Below, piece by piece: positions 17,184 through 27,000 of a stretch of DNA of 64,000 nt. Origin of the DNA: a virus (Duplodnaviria > Caudoviricetes). The notes under the pieces were generated by a model. It was not told the DNA's origin and did not search any database. It saw only the letters and a list, made by a program, of their open reading frames with translations. Location of the stretch: positions 21,212 to 85,211 of IMG/VR virus record IMGVR_UViG_3300030376_006394; one strand, written 5' to 3'. A program made the position numbers and the translations under genes. Within the stretch, counting starts at the first letter, position 1, and each line of letters begins with the position of its first letter.

Positions 17184-17898
17184 ATGCGTCTAGTTGTATC
17201 TCTTTATTTGTGTTGCTTGATTGGATTTGTTCTTGCCCTGTTATGGCTTCTCCTTTTTTGATATTAATTTTATGGGAATGATCTGGAACCGATGAAGGAT
17301 AATTAGCAACAGAAATATCAGAGCACACATGGTAATACTGGGAGTCTTTAGAATGAGATATACCACTCTGCTTAAGAGTTCCGCAGTGCTTGAGTCTTGA
17401 GATTTCGTAGTCCAGTACTTTTAAATTTAGCTCAGCTCTGCGAAGAGCAATCTCTGTACTGGCTGCTTCTTTGCACAGTCCTTGTAACTTTGAATCTAAG
17501 GGCTTAGACCATTGAATCGTTAGGCCATAATTTAGACCGTGATTGTCTTTCTGCTGAGTTAATACTTCTTTCTGGAACAATACACTCCCTGGATTATCAG
17601 GAGCACCGTCACCATCAATATCCCTCATATCGTAAACATTTTCCTGGTACGAACCTTCGAACGGTCGTTTAATATTATGGCTTAGTCCGACATACGGAGA
17701 CAATGTCATTGTCTCTGCTTGGCAGACCACACCGTTTTGACCAAATGTTGAGTTGATAAAATTTCCAGTCAAAACCTGGTATGCATTGACAGTCGCTGAC
17801 CCAGAACTATTAGCGACAGGATTAGAAGTAGCCGATACACCACCGACATCTGCTCGTACATTTAATGGCAATAGAAATAAGCTGAGAAACCCTGCTAT
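17107..17898 (-). CDS. Exported protein with DxDGDG motif and coiled coil
   Basis: Signal-peptide-like AGFLSLFLLPLNVRA, DIDGDG, helical C-terminal part; the nearest in-frame candidate start is ATA at 17898 (ORF track extends to 18069). Confidence 0.7.
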   Translation of the reverse strand: MAGFLSLFLLPLNVRADVGGVSATSNPVANSSGSATVNAYQVLTGNFINSTFGQNGVVCQAETMTLSPYVGLSHNIKRPFEGSYQENVYDMRDIDGDGAPDNPGSVLFQKEVLTQQKDNHGLNYGLTIQWSKPLDSKLQGLCKEAASTEIALRRAELNLKVLDYEISRLKHCGTLKQSGISHSKDSQYYHVCSDISVANYPSSVPDHSHKINIKKGEAITGQEQIQSSNTNKEIQLDASTSSEPSALLGVHERRAPWSSSLDD

Positions 17899-18338
17899 TA
17901 CTGGCTGAACACACTTGAACTTACAATCGTTGTTTCGATTTCGGATGTGCGAGTTATGGTGGTTCGATTCCGCAAACCTGGTCCTTGGTATGAACTTGTA
18001 TAAGTGAATGTTCCCCCTGGTTGTGTTAATGACCAATTTGGTGAAGTATTTAAATCTAAACCTGTCCATGTGGACGTACCACCTGAAGTCGTCGTATGAT
18101 TAATTGTAGTTAAACCCGTAGGATTAATGTGACCTGTACTGGGCTTTATTCCTGTCCCAGAGACTGAGTGAACATATCCAGAATTATAATCTTCCGACAC
18201 GATCACTTCCGATACCACTTGACGCTGAGTTGTAGTCGAGTCGAGTTTTCCGCTCGTATAGTTGGGCACAACTGGCACACTATAACTGGGATCTGCCCAG
18301 CTAAGTAGGATAAAAATTAAACCAATTAATCGCTTCAC
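17898..18338 (-). CDS. Exported Thr/Ser-rich beta protein
   Basis: GTG start 18338, signal peptide KRLIGLIFILLSWADPSYS, then VPVVPNYTSG. Confidence 0.75.
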   Translation of the reverse strand: MKRLIGLIFILLSWADPSYSVPVVPNYTSGKLDSTTTQRQVVSEVIVSEDYNSGYVHSVSGTGIKPSTGHINPTGLTTINHTTTSGGTSTWTGLDLNTSPNWSLTQPGGTFTYTSSYQGPGLRNRTTITRTSEIETTIVSSSVFSQ

Positions 18339-18339
18339 C

Positions 18340-18867
18340 CTAGCGTATTGATAACTCCTGAACGTGCTGTGCAATCGCAGTAGTACCTGACGCTCCACCT
18401 GTAATCGTCGTCGTACCACCTCCGACGGAAGTTAATGTTCCAGCCAAGGTACCCTTGATACCGCCTGCAAATACGGTGGTATCTCCGTATGAAGGAAGGG
18501 ATTGCACCTGTCCAGTTGTGGTGGACACTGTATTACCACTATTCAATGTAGCTATAGGATCACCCTGTAAAAAAGAATTTGTAAAACTAAAACTTTGTCC
18601 CGCTGTATGTATTCCATAATTCCCCATAACCCCTGTCGGTGAAGCAGTTGCGCTGCCAGCCGTTAGACCTGAGAAGGTATCATTATTCCCTGAACCCACT
18701 GCGATATTACTTCCACTTACCGATATGGTTGACGGCACCCGTTTAGAAACTGTTGATGCTCCATCCACAGTCAATTGAATACTCGATTGAATCCGATGAT
18801 GAATCTCAGCACTAACTGGTCCTGATATCGACAATAATCCTATTAAAACAGCGAGCCGTTTCATCAT
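18340..18867 (-). CDS. Exported Gly/Thr/Ser-rich beta protein
   Basis: Signal peptide MKRLAVLIGLLSISGPVSA. Confidence 0.8.
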   Translation of the reverse strand: MMKRLAVLIGLLSISGPVSAEIHHRIQSSIQLTVDGASTVSKRVPSTISVSGSNIAVGSGNNDTFSGLTAGSATASPTGVMGNYGIHTAGQSFSFTNSFLQGDPIATLNSGNTVSTTTGQVQSLPSYGDTTVFAGGIKGTLAGTLTSVGGGTTTITGGASGTTAIAQHVQELSIR

Positions 18868-18909
18868 TCAATTGGTTGATTTACATATATCGTAGAGAAT
18901 TTTGAAATC

Positions 18910-19119
18910 CTAAAGATATGCTTTACTAATGTTGGTAGCGAATCCTACTAAGGTCGTCAAACTAGCGATGACCGCTGCGGCTCCGATAACCCATTTCTCT
19001 ACTACTTTTAAGCGTTCTCTAAGGTCTGCTTGCTTCTCCTCTAGACGCTCAATCTTTAACTGCATCACTGTGATCTTGACCTCTTGGGAAGCGTCAAGAT
19101 TTAATCCAGAATCAGACAT
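18910..19119 (-). CDS. Coiled-coil plus TM protein, holin/XhlA-like
   Basis: KIERLEEKQADLRERLKVVEKW followed by a hydrophobic helix. Confidence 0.55.
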   Translation of the reverse strand: MSDSGLNLDASQEVKITVMQLKIERLEEKQADLRERLKVVEKWVIGAAAVIASLTTLVGFATNISKAYL

Positions 19120-19597
19120 TACTATCTTTAGTAGGCTTCTCTGATTTTACGAGTTCTCCGCCAACGATGTGGATAGGTGTCTGCACACGAATCACTTGCT
19201 CGTTACTGTTTTGCATGGCAAGTATTTTCATCAGCTTTTCTTCCGTTAAACCGCCGCCATTACTGCCATTATTCTTCTTCTGGTTAGCAGCTTGGATGCC
19301 AAATCCAGCTAAAATCGAGCCAAGCAAAGATGCCGGAAAAGTTGGATCTATATTACCTTGCTCTGGGATTGGGATAATTGTCTGTCCAAACGTCAACTTC
19401 TCAGGTAGACGAACGTAGGATAATGTCAACATGGTCATACTCCACCCAAGGACTAAGCACTTGATTGAAGCAGCAAGCAAATCATGCCATAGAGGCTCAT
19501 CCTCTTCTTCTTGTTTTTTCTTCTTCTTGGCTTTTGCAGCCTCCGCTTTCTTCTTTTCTTCTTCCGAAAGCTTCTGCTCTGTTTCGACTTCTGTCAT
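19112..19597 (-). CDS. Two-TM membrane protein, possibly holin
   Basis: Charged N-terminus and two hydrophobic segments (CLVLGWSMTMLTLSY; FPASLLGSILAGFGI). Confidence 0.6.
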   Translation of the reverse strand: MTEVETEQKLSEEEKKKAEAAKAKKKKKQEEEDEPLWHDLLAASIKCLVLGWSMTMLTLSYVRLPEKLTFGQTIIPIPEQGNIDPTFPASLLGSILAGFGIQAANQKKNNGSNGGGLTEEKLMKILAMQNSNEQVIRVQTPIHIVGGELVKSEKPTKDSNV

Positions 19598-19675
19598 TGA
19601 ACTCTGTACGCTCTGTCTAGTCTAATTGTTGTCAAATGGCAGATATGTCGTACACTACATTCACGCATCTAATCG

Positions 19676-19897
19676 GTGATGGCTGAACCTTGGGTTAGTT
19701 CAAATACATGTATCGAACACCTTGGTGTTTCCAGGGATACTTTTTACAGTGCATGGAAACCTATATGGAGAGAAGGAACTCATTTTCGTTATAAGAATCC
19801 ATTGAAACCAAGAGTCAAAGTTTGGAAGTTAAGTGAAGTCGAGAAAACAGCTAAAGAAAGTTCAAGAGTCCTAGCAAGAAGGGCTGGCAAGAAATAA
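19676..19897 (+). CDS. Excisionase / recombination directionality factor-like protein
   Basis: Small basic winged HTH WVSSNTCIEHLGVSRDTFY...EGTHFR, convergent on the integrase. Confidence 0.7.
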   Translation: MMAEPWVSSNTCIEHLGVSRDTFYSAWKPIWREGTHFRYKNPLKPRVKVWKLSEVEKTAKESSRVLARRAGKK

Positions 19898-20103
19898 TGA
19901 CCAGTTCTTACTTTCCTGATCATCAAAAAGACTTTCAATTTTCTAAATCAGGAATCCCTCTCCACATGCTTGACGACATTCAATACCAAGAATTCGCGAT
20001 GGAGTTTCCAAATGAAATTAAAAAACCAATAATTTATTCATCTGTTCAAGAATTTTTTTACTCGACTATTCCTAGTAAAGACGATCCAGAGGCTCACTAT
20101 TAA
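19897..20103 (+). CDS. Hypothetical protein
   Basis: 68 aa, TAATG-coupled to the Xis-like gene. Confidence 0.5.
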   Translation: MTSSYFPDHQKDFQFSKSGIPLHMLDDIQYQEFAMEFPNEIKKPIIYSSVQEFFYSTIPSKDDPEAHY

Positions 20104-21413
20104 GCAACTTTTAAATCAGGAATATAAATACTGTCTATTTCGTTATCCATTAATTTTCTCTGATCAATCCATCTTTGATAAATATTGGTATGAGTAACCA
20201 CATCGTGACCCATTGCTTTTGCACATTTTTCAACTGAAACATCACAGTTAGGCAGCGTTGCCATCGTGACGGCCCATGTATGGCGTAGGTCATATGGAAC
20301 AGCAGCTTGTTGCATTGATGTTTTCGTTCCTCTTTTGCTTGGAATATAACCACGTAATTCAGGCATTTTCCTGATGCCTTTCTTGTACCAGCCAAGTGAA
20401 TGTTGAGTAATAAATCTCCCCAGGTCCGAGTTGTTTTCTGTTTGCCATTTTCTGGTCATATCCAATAAGTGTGGATCTTCAACTTGAGTTGTGATGGATT
20501 TATTCTCACGATCAACAATGAGCGGCCTTTTTGACTTCCTTAAAAATGACTGATACTTATCAAAGTTTTTAAATAAATTAAATTCTTCAATCCAATGCTT
20601 AAAGACAGGCCACACAACATGATCTTCTTTGGATTTGGTTAATCGACCTGGGATATAAAGCCAATTCTTACGATCTTTACAAACAAACCAAAGCTCATGA
20701 GGTCTTAATCCGTAGCACATGATCATTGCAAGTGCCCAACATTGCCAACCATATTCTTCTTGATTTGCGTGGAAATATTCTTCAGCGACTGTCATCTCTA
20801 CAATCGCTCTAATCTTTGCTCCTTCAGTTCTCTGGTCTCCTTTCTTTTTGCTTGTAACGATGTAATTATGATGCGCCCTATGTTTTTGAATTTCTACAGG
20901 CGGCAGCCATGCTGGATATTCACCTGTCTGCTCAAGAAAATAAAGTTGAATTTGCCTAAGACTATCAATTCTATGGATAAAAGATTTATTTCCAGGTTGT
21001 TTTTCATATAGCCATTCTTTTACATTAACCCACCTAAATTTAACGTTATTATTTCTCAAACTCCTTAATTGTGAGAAGTGATTCTTATTAGTTGTACCCT
21101 TATTTTTGGCTTTCAGAAATTCGATAATTTGATCAAAATGCTGGTCCCAAGAATTCTTCTTTATCTGCTTTACTTGTATATCAAACTCCCATTCATCATC
21201 ACCAGTCTTTTTGATTTTCTCCCAGACTAATTCACAATGAGTAGCTACATCTTTACGGTACGGATGCAGTGAAATCCTTTTTTGAGCGGTCACGCAAAAA
21301 CTATCAAGTATATAAATAGCGTTTTTATCTGACCGATGAACCAACCTCCATCTCAGATGAGGGAAATTTCTTTGCCTTTCGATGTATTCCTTTAAATAAT
21401 TTTTTCTTAACAT
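20100..21413 (-). CDS. int: Tyrosine recombinase / phage integrase
   Basis: GLRPHE (R), TKS (K), YDLRH (R), MGH and IYQRW (catalytic Y); likely ATG at 21413; next to a tRNA-derived att core. Confidence 0.92.
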   Translation of the reverse strand: MLRKNYLKEYIERQRNFPHLRWRLVHRSDKNAIYILDSFCVTAQKRISLHPYRKDVATHCELVWEKIKKTGDDEWEFDIQVKQIKKNSWDQHFDQIIEFLKAKNKGTTNKNHFSQLRSLRNNNVKFRWVNVKEWLYEKQPGNKSFIHRIDSLRQIQLYFLEQTGEYPAWLPPVEIQKHRAHHNYIVTSKKKGDQRTEGAKIRAIVEMTVAEEYFHANQEEYGWQCWALAMIMCYGLRPHELWFVCKDRKNWLYIPGRLTKSKEDHVVWPVFKHWIEEFNLFKNFDKYQSFLRKSKRPLIVDRENKSITTQVEDPHLLDMTRKWQTENNSDLGRFITQHSLGWYKKGIRKMPELRGYIPSKRGTKTSMQQAAVPYDLRHTWAVTMATLPNCDVSVEKCAKAMGHDVVTHTNIYQRWIDQRKLMDNEIDSIYIPDLKVA

Positions 21414-21516
21414 TTCATTCCCCCTCCCAATTCGTAACCCCGCACGGGGAATGAAAGGGGAATGAAAAGGGGAATATTCCCCCAAAAAAGGTTAAAAAGG
21501 GGAATGGAAATCCGTC

Positions 21517-21543
21517 CAAAATCGGACAAAATCGATCAAAATC
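21517..21543. repeat. Three CAAAATC repeats at exact 10-bp spacing, candidate Xis sites
   Basis: Copies at 21517, 21527 and 21537, between the int-side arm repeats and the core. Confidence 0.55.
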
Positions 21544-21591
21544 TACCAACATAAACGACCTCTTTTATCCCTGAGATCCCTTTATAGCACT

Positions 21592-21619
21592 AAAAAAGCC
21601 CAGTGGCTACCTGGGCTTT
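21592..21619 (-). terminator. Rho-independent terminator just downstream of the tRNA half
   Basis: AAAGCCCAG/CTGGGCTTT stem, 7-nt loop, U-tract on the minus strand. Confidence 0.85.
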
Positions 21620-21627
21620 AGAAAAAA

Positions 21628-21670
21628 TGGCGGGGGCAAGATTTGAACTTGCGACCTTCGGGTTATGAGC
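21628..21670 (-). other. attP core: 3' half of initiator tRNA-Met(CAT), 43 bp
   Basis: Minus strand GCTCATAACCCGAAGGTC-GCAAG-TTCAAAT-CTTGC-CCCCGCC-A contains the CAT anticodon loop, T-arm and fMet-type acceptor 3' strand; no D-arm or 5' half upstream. Confidence 0.9.
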
Positions 21671-21777
21671 ACATGCAACTTCTGGCAAAGCTGTTGGTAT
21701 AACTGGTCTGCGATACATGAGGGGAATGAGCAAAAGGGGAATGGTCGAAGGTCGGGTTCGTGCCCGAAGAGCTTTTA

Positions 21778-21951
21778 TTATGCTCGACCCCACGCAAGCT
21801 GCAACATCCCTTTATCATCATCATCGTCATCATTGTCATCATCACGAACGTCATAGCCAAGGATGTATGTCACTATCGCCACGCATACCAAAGGGATGAA
21901 TGGAAAGAAAATAGCGAGCTGGACAATACCTGGATCTGGGAATTCATACAT
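21778..21951 (-). CDS. Small TM protein with poly-Asp tract, 57 aa (not in ORF track)
   Basis: MYEFPDPGIVQLAIFFPFIPLVCVAIVTYILGYDVRDDDNDDDDDDKGMLQLAWGRA*; GGAGG upstream. Confidence 0.75.
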   Translation of the reverse strand: MYEFPDPGIVQLAIFFPFIPLVCVAIVTYILGYDVRDDDNDDDDDDKGMLQLAWGRA

Positions 21952-22089
21952 TTAAATCACCTCCTTGTTTGTTTAATTTTCTAAGTGCTTTGTTTGATTT
22001 TTTAATTAACTTCTGAGCCTTTTCTCTTGATGTACATTCCTGAGCTTTAGCCGCTAATTTAATAAGTTTCTTGTATTGCTTATTGATAC

Positions 22090-22818
22090 TTACATGACCT
22101 CCACTAATTCTTGGTTGGGTTGATTGATCGCATCAGCAGCTACAACTCCACCAGCACCAGATGCAATTGCTGCGAGCAATAATTCAATAGGAAATCTTCC
22201 AGCACTTCTTCTACCTGATGGCATTCTGGGTATATGTCTAGCTTCTAATTTATCTCTTAAAACTATTGCAGATCTCGGAGGAATTGCTTCGACTTGTTGA
22301 ACAGTTCTTTTAACACTTGGCACTTCTCCTTGAATACCAAATTTGCCTTGCTCTCTATAGTCAGGGCCAATATATGGATCAAGTGTAGCCGCTGCTTGAG
22401 CTGTTAAAGCTCTTCTTAAATCTGTTATCTCGGTATCATTTATAGCTTGTCTTACTCCTGGCCTTCCTTCAACAGCCTGAGTCGGATCTTGTCCGATTCT
22501 CATCCGAGCAACCATCTTTGCATCACGATCACTTAGCCCTAATTTCCTACCTTCTAAATATGCATTGTTCCAATCTTCTTCTAATAATACCTGATTGAAG
22601 CCTGTTGAAAAAATTGTATCTTCTCCATATCGATTCCAAGAATACTGTGATGGTGTCTGATCAGAAACCAGTCTGGGTTCACCACCAACAATATCTCCAC
22701 TAGCCCTCAAAGATGCTCTGAACTTTGCTAACTCATCAGCAGCTTTCCTAGTGCCCGTCCCATATGTAATAAATTCTGGGTCTTGATTAAAAATTCCGCG
22801 AGGGTGTCCAGTAGCCAT
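22090..22818 (-). CDS. Hypothetical protein, possibly virion-associated
   Basis: 242-aa ORF, C-terminal Ala/Gly hydrophobic segment. Confidence 0.75.
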   Translation of the reverse strand: MATGHPRGIFNQDPEFITYGTGTRKAADELAKFRASLRASGDIVGGEPRLVSDQTPSQYSWNRYGEDTIFSTGFNQVLLEEDWNNAYLEGRKLGLSDRDAKMVARMRIGQDPTQAVEGRPGVRQAINDTEITDLRRALTAQAAATLDPYIGPDYREQGKFGIQGEVPSVKRTVQQVEAIPPRSAIVLRDKLEARHIPRMPSGRRSAGRFPIELLLAAIASGAGGVVAADAINQPNQELVEVM

Positions 22819-22819
22819 A

Positions 22820-23488
22820 TCAGATTTTCATCGCTCCAGCACCGAGAGCTGCTGCCAGCGCAAGTTTCTGCCATTGAGGCATTCCTTCTTTTTCCTCTCT
22901 TTCTTCTTCCATGCCTTCGTAAATTTCTTTAGCTTTTGCTACCTCTGGCGCATCCTCTGATTCAGGTGCGTTAAGAACACTTTCGACTGGGCGAGGTTTA
23001 TCTTCTCTGAGTTTTGTTGCCCCTAAGTAACCGCCAAGTGTTCCCAATAATCCTGCTGCTGCTGCCATTCGATAACTATTTCTAAGCTTCGCGGCTGTCT
23101 CTAAAGGAACTGTTCTTCTTCCAGTAGGGATATTAGATGCCTCTCTTCTTTTGTTGTAGAAATCTTTAACTGTTTCAGTTGAGCCTTCTTCTCTCTTTCT
23201 TCTATCCATCACTGCTCTAATTAAATTCCCAAGATTTTCATCTACGTTCTGTCTGAGAACGGGGTCTGCAGCTACGATTCCACCTGTTCCTAATGCACCA
23301 CCAACTAATGGCAATGCCTGAGTAGCCACGTTTACTGGTATTTCTGCTGAGTTATAAAATTTATCTGGTCCAGTAACTAAATCAGCTCCACCTTGGATAC
23401 CTGCAAAGAGATTTCCTAATGCAGTAAGACCTACTAGATCTTGTACTACAGGATCGGCGGCTGCATATCTAAATCTATTTACGTCCAA
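22820..23488 (-). CDS. Hypothetical protein, possibly virion-associated
   Basis: 222-aa ORF with Gly/Ala-rich helices. Confidence 0.75.
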   Translation of the reverse strand: MDVNRFRYAAADPVVQDLVGLTALGNLFAGIQGGADLVTGPDKFYNSAEIPVNVATQALPLVGGALGTGGIVAADPVLRQNVDENLGNLIRAVMDRRKREEGSTETVKDFYNKRREASNIPTGRRTVPLETAAKLRNSYRMAAAAGLLGTLGGYLGATKLREDKPRPVESVLNAPESEDAPEVAKAKEIYEGMEEEREEKEGMPQWQKLALAAALGAGAMKI

Positions 23489-23518
23489 AACACAAGAAGA
23501 TACCGATCATTCTTTATT

Positions 23519-23725
23519 TTAGATGAATTTATTTTCGAAAAGTTTATTTAATAGGGGTCTTAACTCGTGCTCTGGTGGGTAATGTCTCATAATTGCCCTT
23601 GCTTCTCTTCTGACTTCTCTAGGAATCCTTGGTGTTTCCTTAGTATTAGTCAAACGAAGAAGGAAATCCCTGACACCGACTATGGCTTCGAGCTGTTGAT
23701 TTGGTTGACTAATTCTTAATTTCAT
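23519..23725 (-). CDS. Small conserved phage protein (BPSL0761-like)
   Basis: RDFLLRL...TPRIPREVRREARAIMRHYP. Confidence 0.65.
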   Translation of the reverse strand: MKLRISQPNQQLEAIVGVRDFLLRLTNTKETPRIPREVRREARAIMRHYPPEHELRPLLNKLFENKFI

Positions 23726-24011
23726 TTTCCAGCTCCAGAAGTAATTTATTCTTGTTGTCTCTGACCTCTAACCCTTCCCTTACATTTTTAATATGCCATT
23801 TATTAGAGAAATCTTTTACTAAATCTCTGCCCAGCTCTAATGCAAACTCATCTGCAAGTCCCGTGAAGGTTGCATGAGGATGAGTTCCTTTGGGTAAATC
23901 ATGACGACCAGAGCGATCATATAAGAAATTCATAAAATCGCATCGGTTCTGTTGCTCCCTAACCTCTTTCTTTACTCGCTCTCTCTGTTTGATGGATGGC
24001 ACGATTGACAC
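23709..24011 (-). CDS. Conserved cyanophage hypothetical protein
   Basis: FLYDRSGR...HPHATFTGL. Confidence 0.65.
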   Translation of the reverse strand: MSIVPSIKQRERVKKEVREQQNRCDFMNFLYDRSGRHDLPKGTHPHATFTGLADEFALELGRDLVKDFSNKWHIKNVREGLEVRDNKNKLLLELENEIKN

Positions 24012-24099
24012 AGCGTACGTTATGCAAGCTTAGTCCTATTTTTAAAATAGTGCTAGCTGCTTATTATGCATATTTCAGCCCATTCCAAGTTATTCGTCC

Positions 24100-27000
24100 T
24101 TAAGCATGGGCATAATAAATATAAGCACCAGAACTGTTGTTGTAATCATTATCGCCAACTAAAGTAAATCCATTAGATGTTGGGGCACCAACTTCATAAT
24201 CACCTTGAGCACCACTACTATTTAACAATAAATATTTATCATCTCCAGAACCCCATCCTCTTGTTGTATCCAATACAAGCCAATGAGCAGCATCATTATA
24301 CTTTCTTATTATTACAAATCTAGGTTGGAATCCAAGCGTGATAGTCTGTCCTGTTGATCCATTTCCTGTATAGCTACCAACCTTACTGACATCAGTACTT
24401 GCAAAGAGAAAAGCCACATAATCACTACCTGAACCATTAACCCAAGCACCATCAGCTACCGTAAAATGAGTAGATGTAAATGCTGTTTGCGCCCATCCAA
24501 AGAAAGTAGTAGCCGTCCCAGTACTATTTAAAAACATACGATAATTTTCTGGGTTAGTTCCACCATTAAAACCTTTATGATAAACAACCCAGTTTTCACT
24601 AGAATTTCTACGTTTGACCCATAGCATTTCTGGAACTTTTCCAAGGCTATGACTTATATCTGAAGCACCTAAACTAGAATTATATATATTTTGCCCCCCT
24701 GCATAAGTCACCAAATCAAAGCCAGCGCTTCTTTTCCACATCCATGATTGATAATCACTACCCCAAGCAGTAGAAGCATAACCTACATTTGAATCGTAAT
24801 TAAAAAGACTACTTGCAGCAGAAGCACTGGTATTACTTGGTCTTAGATAAGTTTTGTCTATTAATCTTCCACTTGCAAACCAATCTTCAACACTTGCTGG
24901 TCGTCTAGCTAAAGCAAAATCAACAGGGAAATTACTTGTAAATTGAAGGCCAGCAACATCAAGAGCATTATCCATAGCGAATACATCCGTAGCCAATTGA
25001 GGCTTTTGTACTAGAGGATCTGGTCTTCTTATCGCAAAATATACGTAAGTTTTTCCATTTCCATTCACTGAACCACTACCAGTTTCTATTTGAAATCCAG
25101 TAGGCGTCAAACTAAAACGATCATTTTGACTTTCAGCATTACTTAAGTTTGGTTCTAAACAAGGTTCACTACCTCCCGTAACTATCCCTCGCATAGAATC
25201 ATATAGTTCCCAATGTTCAACATCAGTAGCACATTTTACCAAGATCCACTGAGGCTCCCAACCTAAATTAATATTCGGCCCTGCTGTGCCTGTACCAGAT
25301 GTAGATTGACCTGTTCCAACATAACTACCGCACTTGACTACGGATTCTGATCCCAACTCTCCAAAGGCAAAACCAGCAGGGTCATCGAAGGGACTATCTG
25401 TGCTTGCTGTTACGTTGTTTTCTGCTGTAATCGTTCCAGGGGTTACGGTTGAACCTGTAGTAGATGAGTTATTGCAACATAAAAGCTTTGTATTCGTTAT
25501 GTTTGTTAATGGCTCAGTTGGTGGTCTAAATGATGAGGTATAAACTGCTGTTCCTTTTACTATGCGTACATTGGATATTGAGCCATTCCAACTATTATTA
25601 CCGTTTATATAAGCTCCAATAGACATAGCTTGTGCGCCATAATTATGACTATCACTAAAACTATTTTTCAATTCACCATTAAGAAAGAGTCTTGTTGTAC
25701 CTGAACTTCTACTAATTGCATAATGTGTCCATTGCCCTACGGCTGCAATTCCAGCAATTTTAGTATTTACAGTAGAATTATAGTAAATATAGCTATTGCT
25801 ATCATTACTAATTCCAATATTAGGATTATCAGAACCCCAATTTAAAAAGACTTGATAATTAGTGTTGTTGTTTGGTTTTAGCCACCCTTCAAACGTAAAA
25901 TCTCCTGTACCAAAATTAAAATCGTTACTAGAAGCAAGTTGCAAACTATCATACGATCCATCAAACGTAAGAGACCTTGCAGTAGCCGCGTCAGATTTTC
26001 CACCTGCGAATAGGTAGGCTACATAACTATCACCTGTGTTATTTGACGAGTTGTCATTACCAACTCTAAACGTAGTAGCTGTATGGTAACTAGCTGTACC
26101 TAAGTTATAAGCAGTTTGTTCTGCACCAGAACTATCAAGCCTTAAAACTTTAGACCATGCTGCATTAGTTGTTGCTGGTAAATCTCGATGATATACCCAC
26201 CATCCACCAGTACCATTAGTTTTCTTGAGAATTATTAGTCCGGGGAGACACTTAAGATTATGTGCTATATCTGAAGTTCCCCAGTTAGGGGCTCCTGAGT
26301 CACCATCGTAGGTAACAACATCAAAGAACCCAGGTGCCTTGCGGAATGTCCATGAGGAATAAGTATCTGTAGATGCTCCTGTTCTAGCGTTATCATCAAT
26401 TTGAAAACCATAAGGTAAAAAACTTGTTAACCCATCAGAAATTGTTGTTTCAGAGGCATTACTACTGCTAACTAAAGCTTTTGTTGCTCCTCTTGCTGTG
26501 TCAAATAAAACATGTTCATTACTACTATTTCTTTGCTTTATCCAAACAAGACCGCCTTCTCCAGTTACGCTATAACTACTTAAACTTGCAACAGTTACTC
26601 TTCTTATAGCCCTTACGTGTCTTGTTTTGGTTTTATTATCAGTATTTGACCAAGCTCCATTACTCATGTGAATCATCCAAGCATAAGTAGAATTAATCTC
26701 TGTACTTGACCACGTATCCCAGTTCTGTAACCAAGCTTGTCCAGAAGGTAAAGTGCCTTGATTTTGCTGTAAAAGTGTTAATTCATCTTTTGCAGGTAAA
26801 TACCAATCGCTATATCCATTTAATGACAAAGCATAAGCCCAATCAGCAGCAGGCCAACTACCACTTGCAGCGGCTAATGTTGCTGTATTAGCAGGGCCAT
26901 TTGTTGTACTTGTTGCTCCTGCTGATGTACTTGATGATCCATAACTTACCATTGTTCCGTTATTATTTCCTGCACCAATAGGTGCAACTATCAAGGCATA

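Larger units (their letters stand above)
21416..21743. repeat. GGGGAAT(G/A) arm-type repeats flanking the att core
   Basis: Direct copies at 21446, 21457, 21469, 21499, 21721 and 21736; inverted copies at 21416-21424 and 21475-21482. Confidence 0.7.

Noticed and set aside
17955-17975. GGTTCGATTCC T-loop-like sequence
   Set aside because: Imperfect T-stem, no cloverleaf context, and it lies antisense within a coding region
21628-21670. Complete tRNA-Met gene
   Set aside because: Similarity stops at the anticodon stem and there is no D-arm or 5' acceptor strand, so it is an att core
21663-21984. Poly-Met and poly-His ORFs in the track (21663-21860, 21717-21899, 21760-21984)
   Set aside because: They are alternative readings of the GAT/GAC poly-Asp tract in the 57-aa gene at 21778-21951
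21944-22091. Lys-rich open frame (SINKQYKKLIKLAAKAQECTSREKAQKLIKK...)
   Set aside because: It looks protein-like and fills the gap, but I found no canonical start codon, so it is left uncalled
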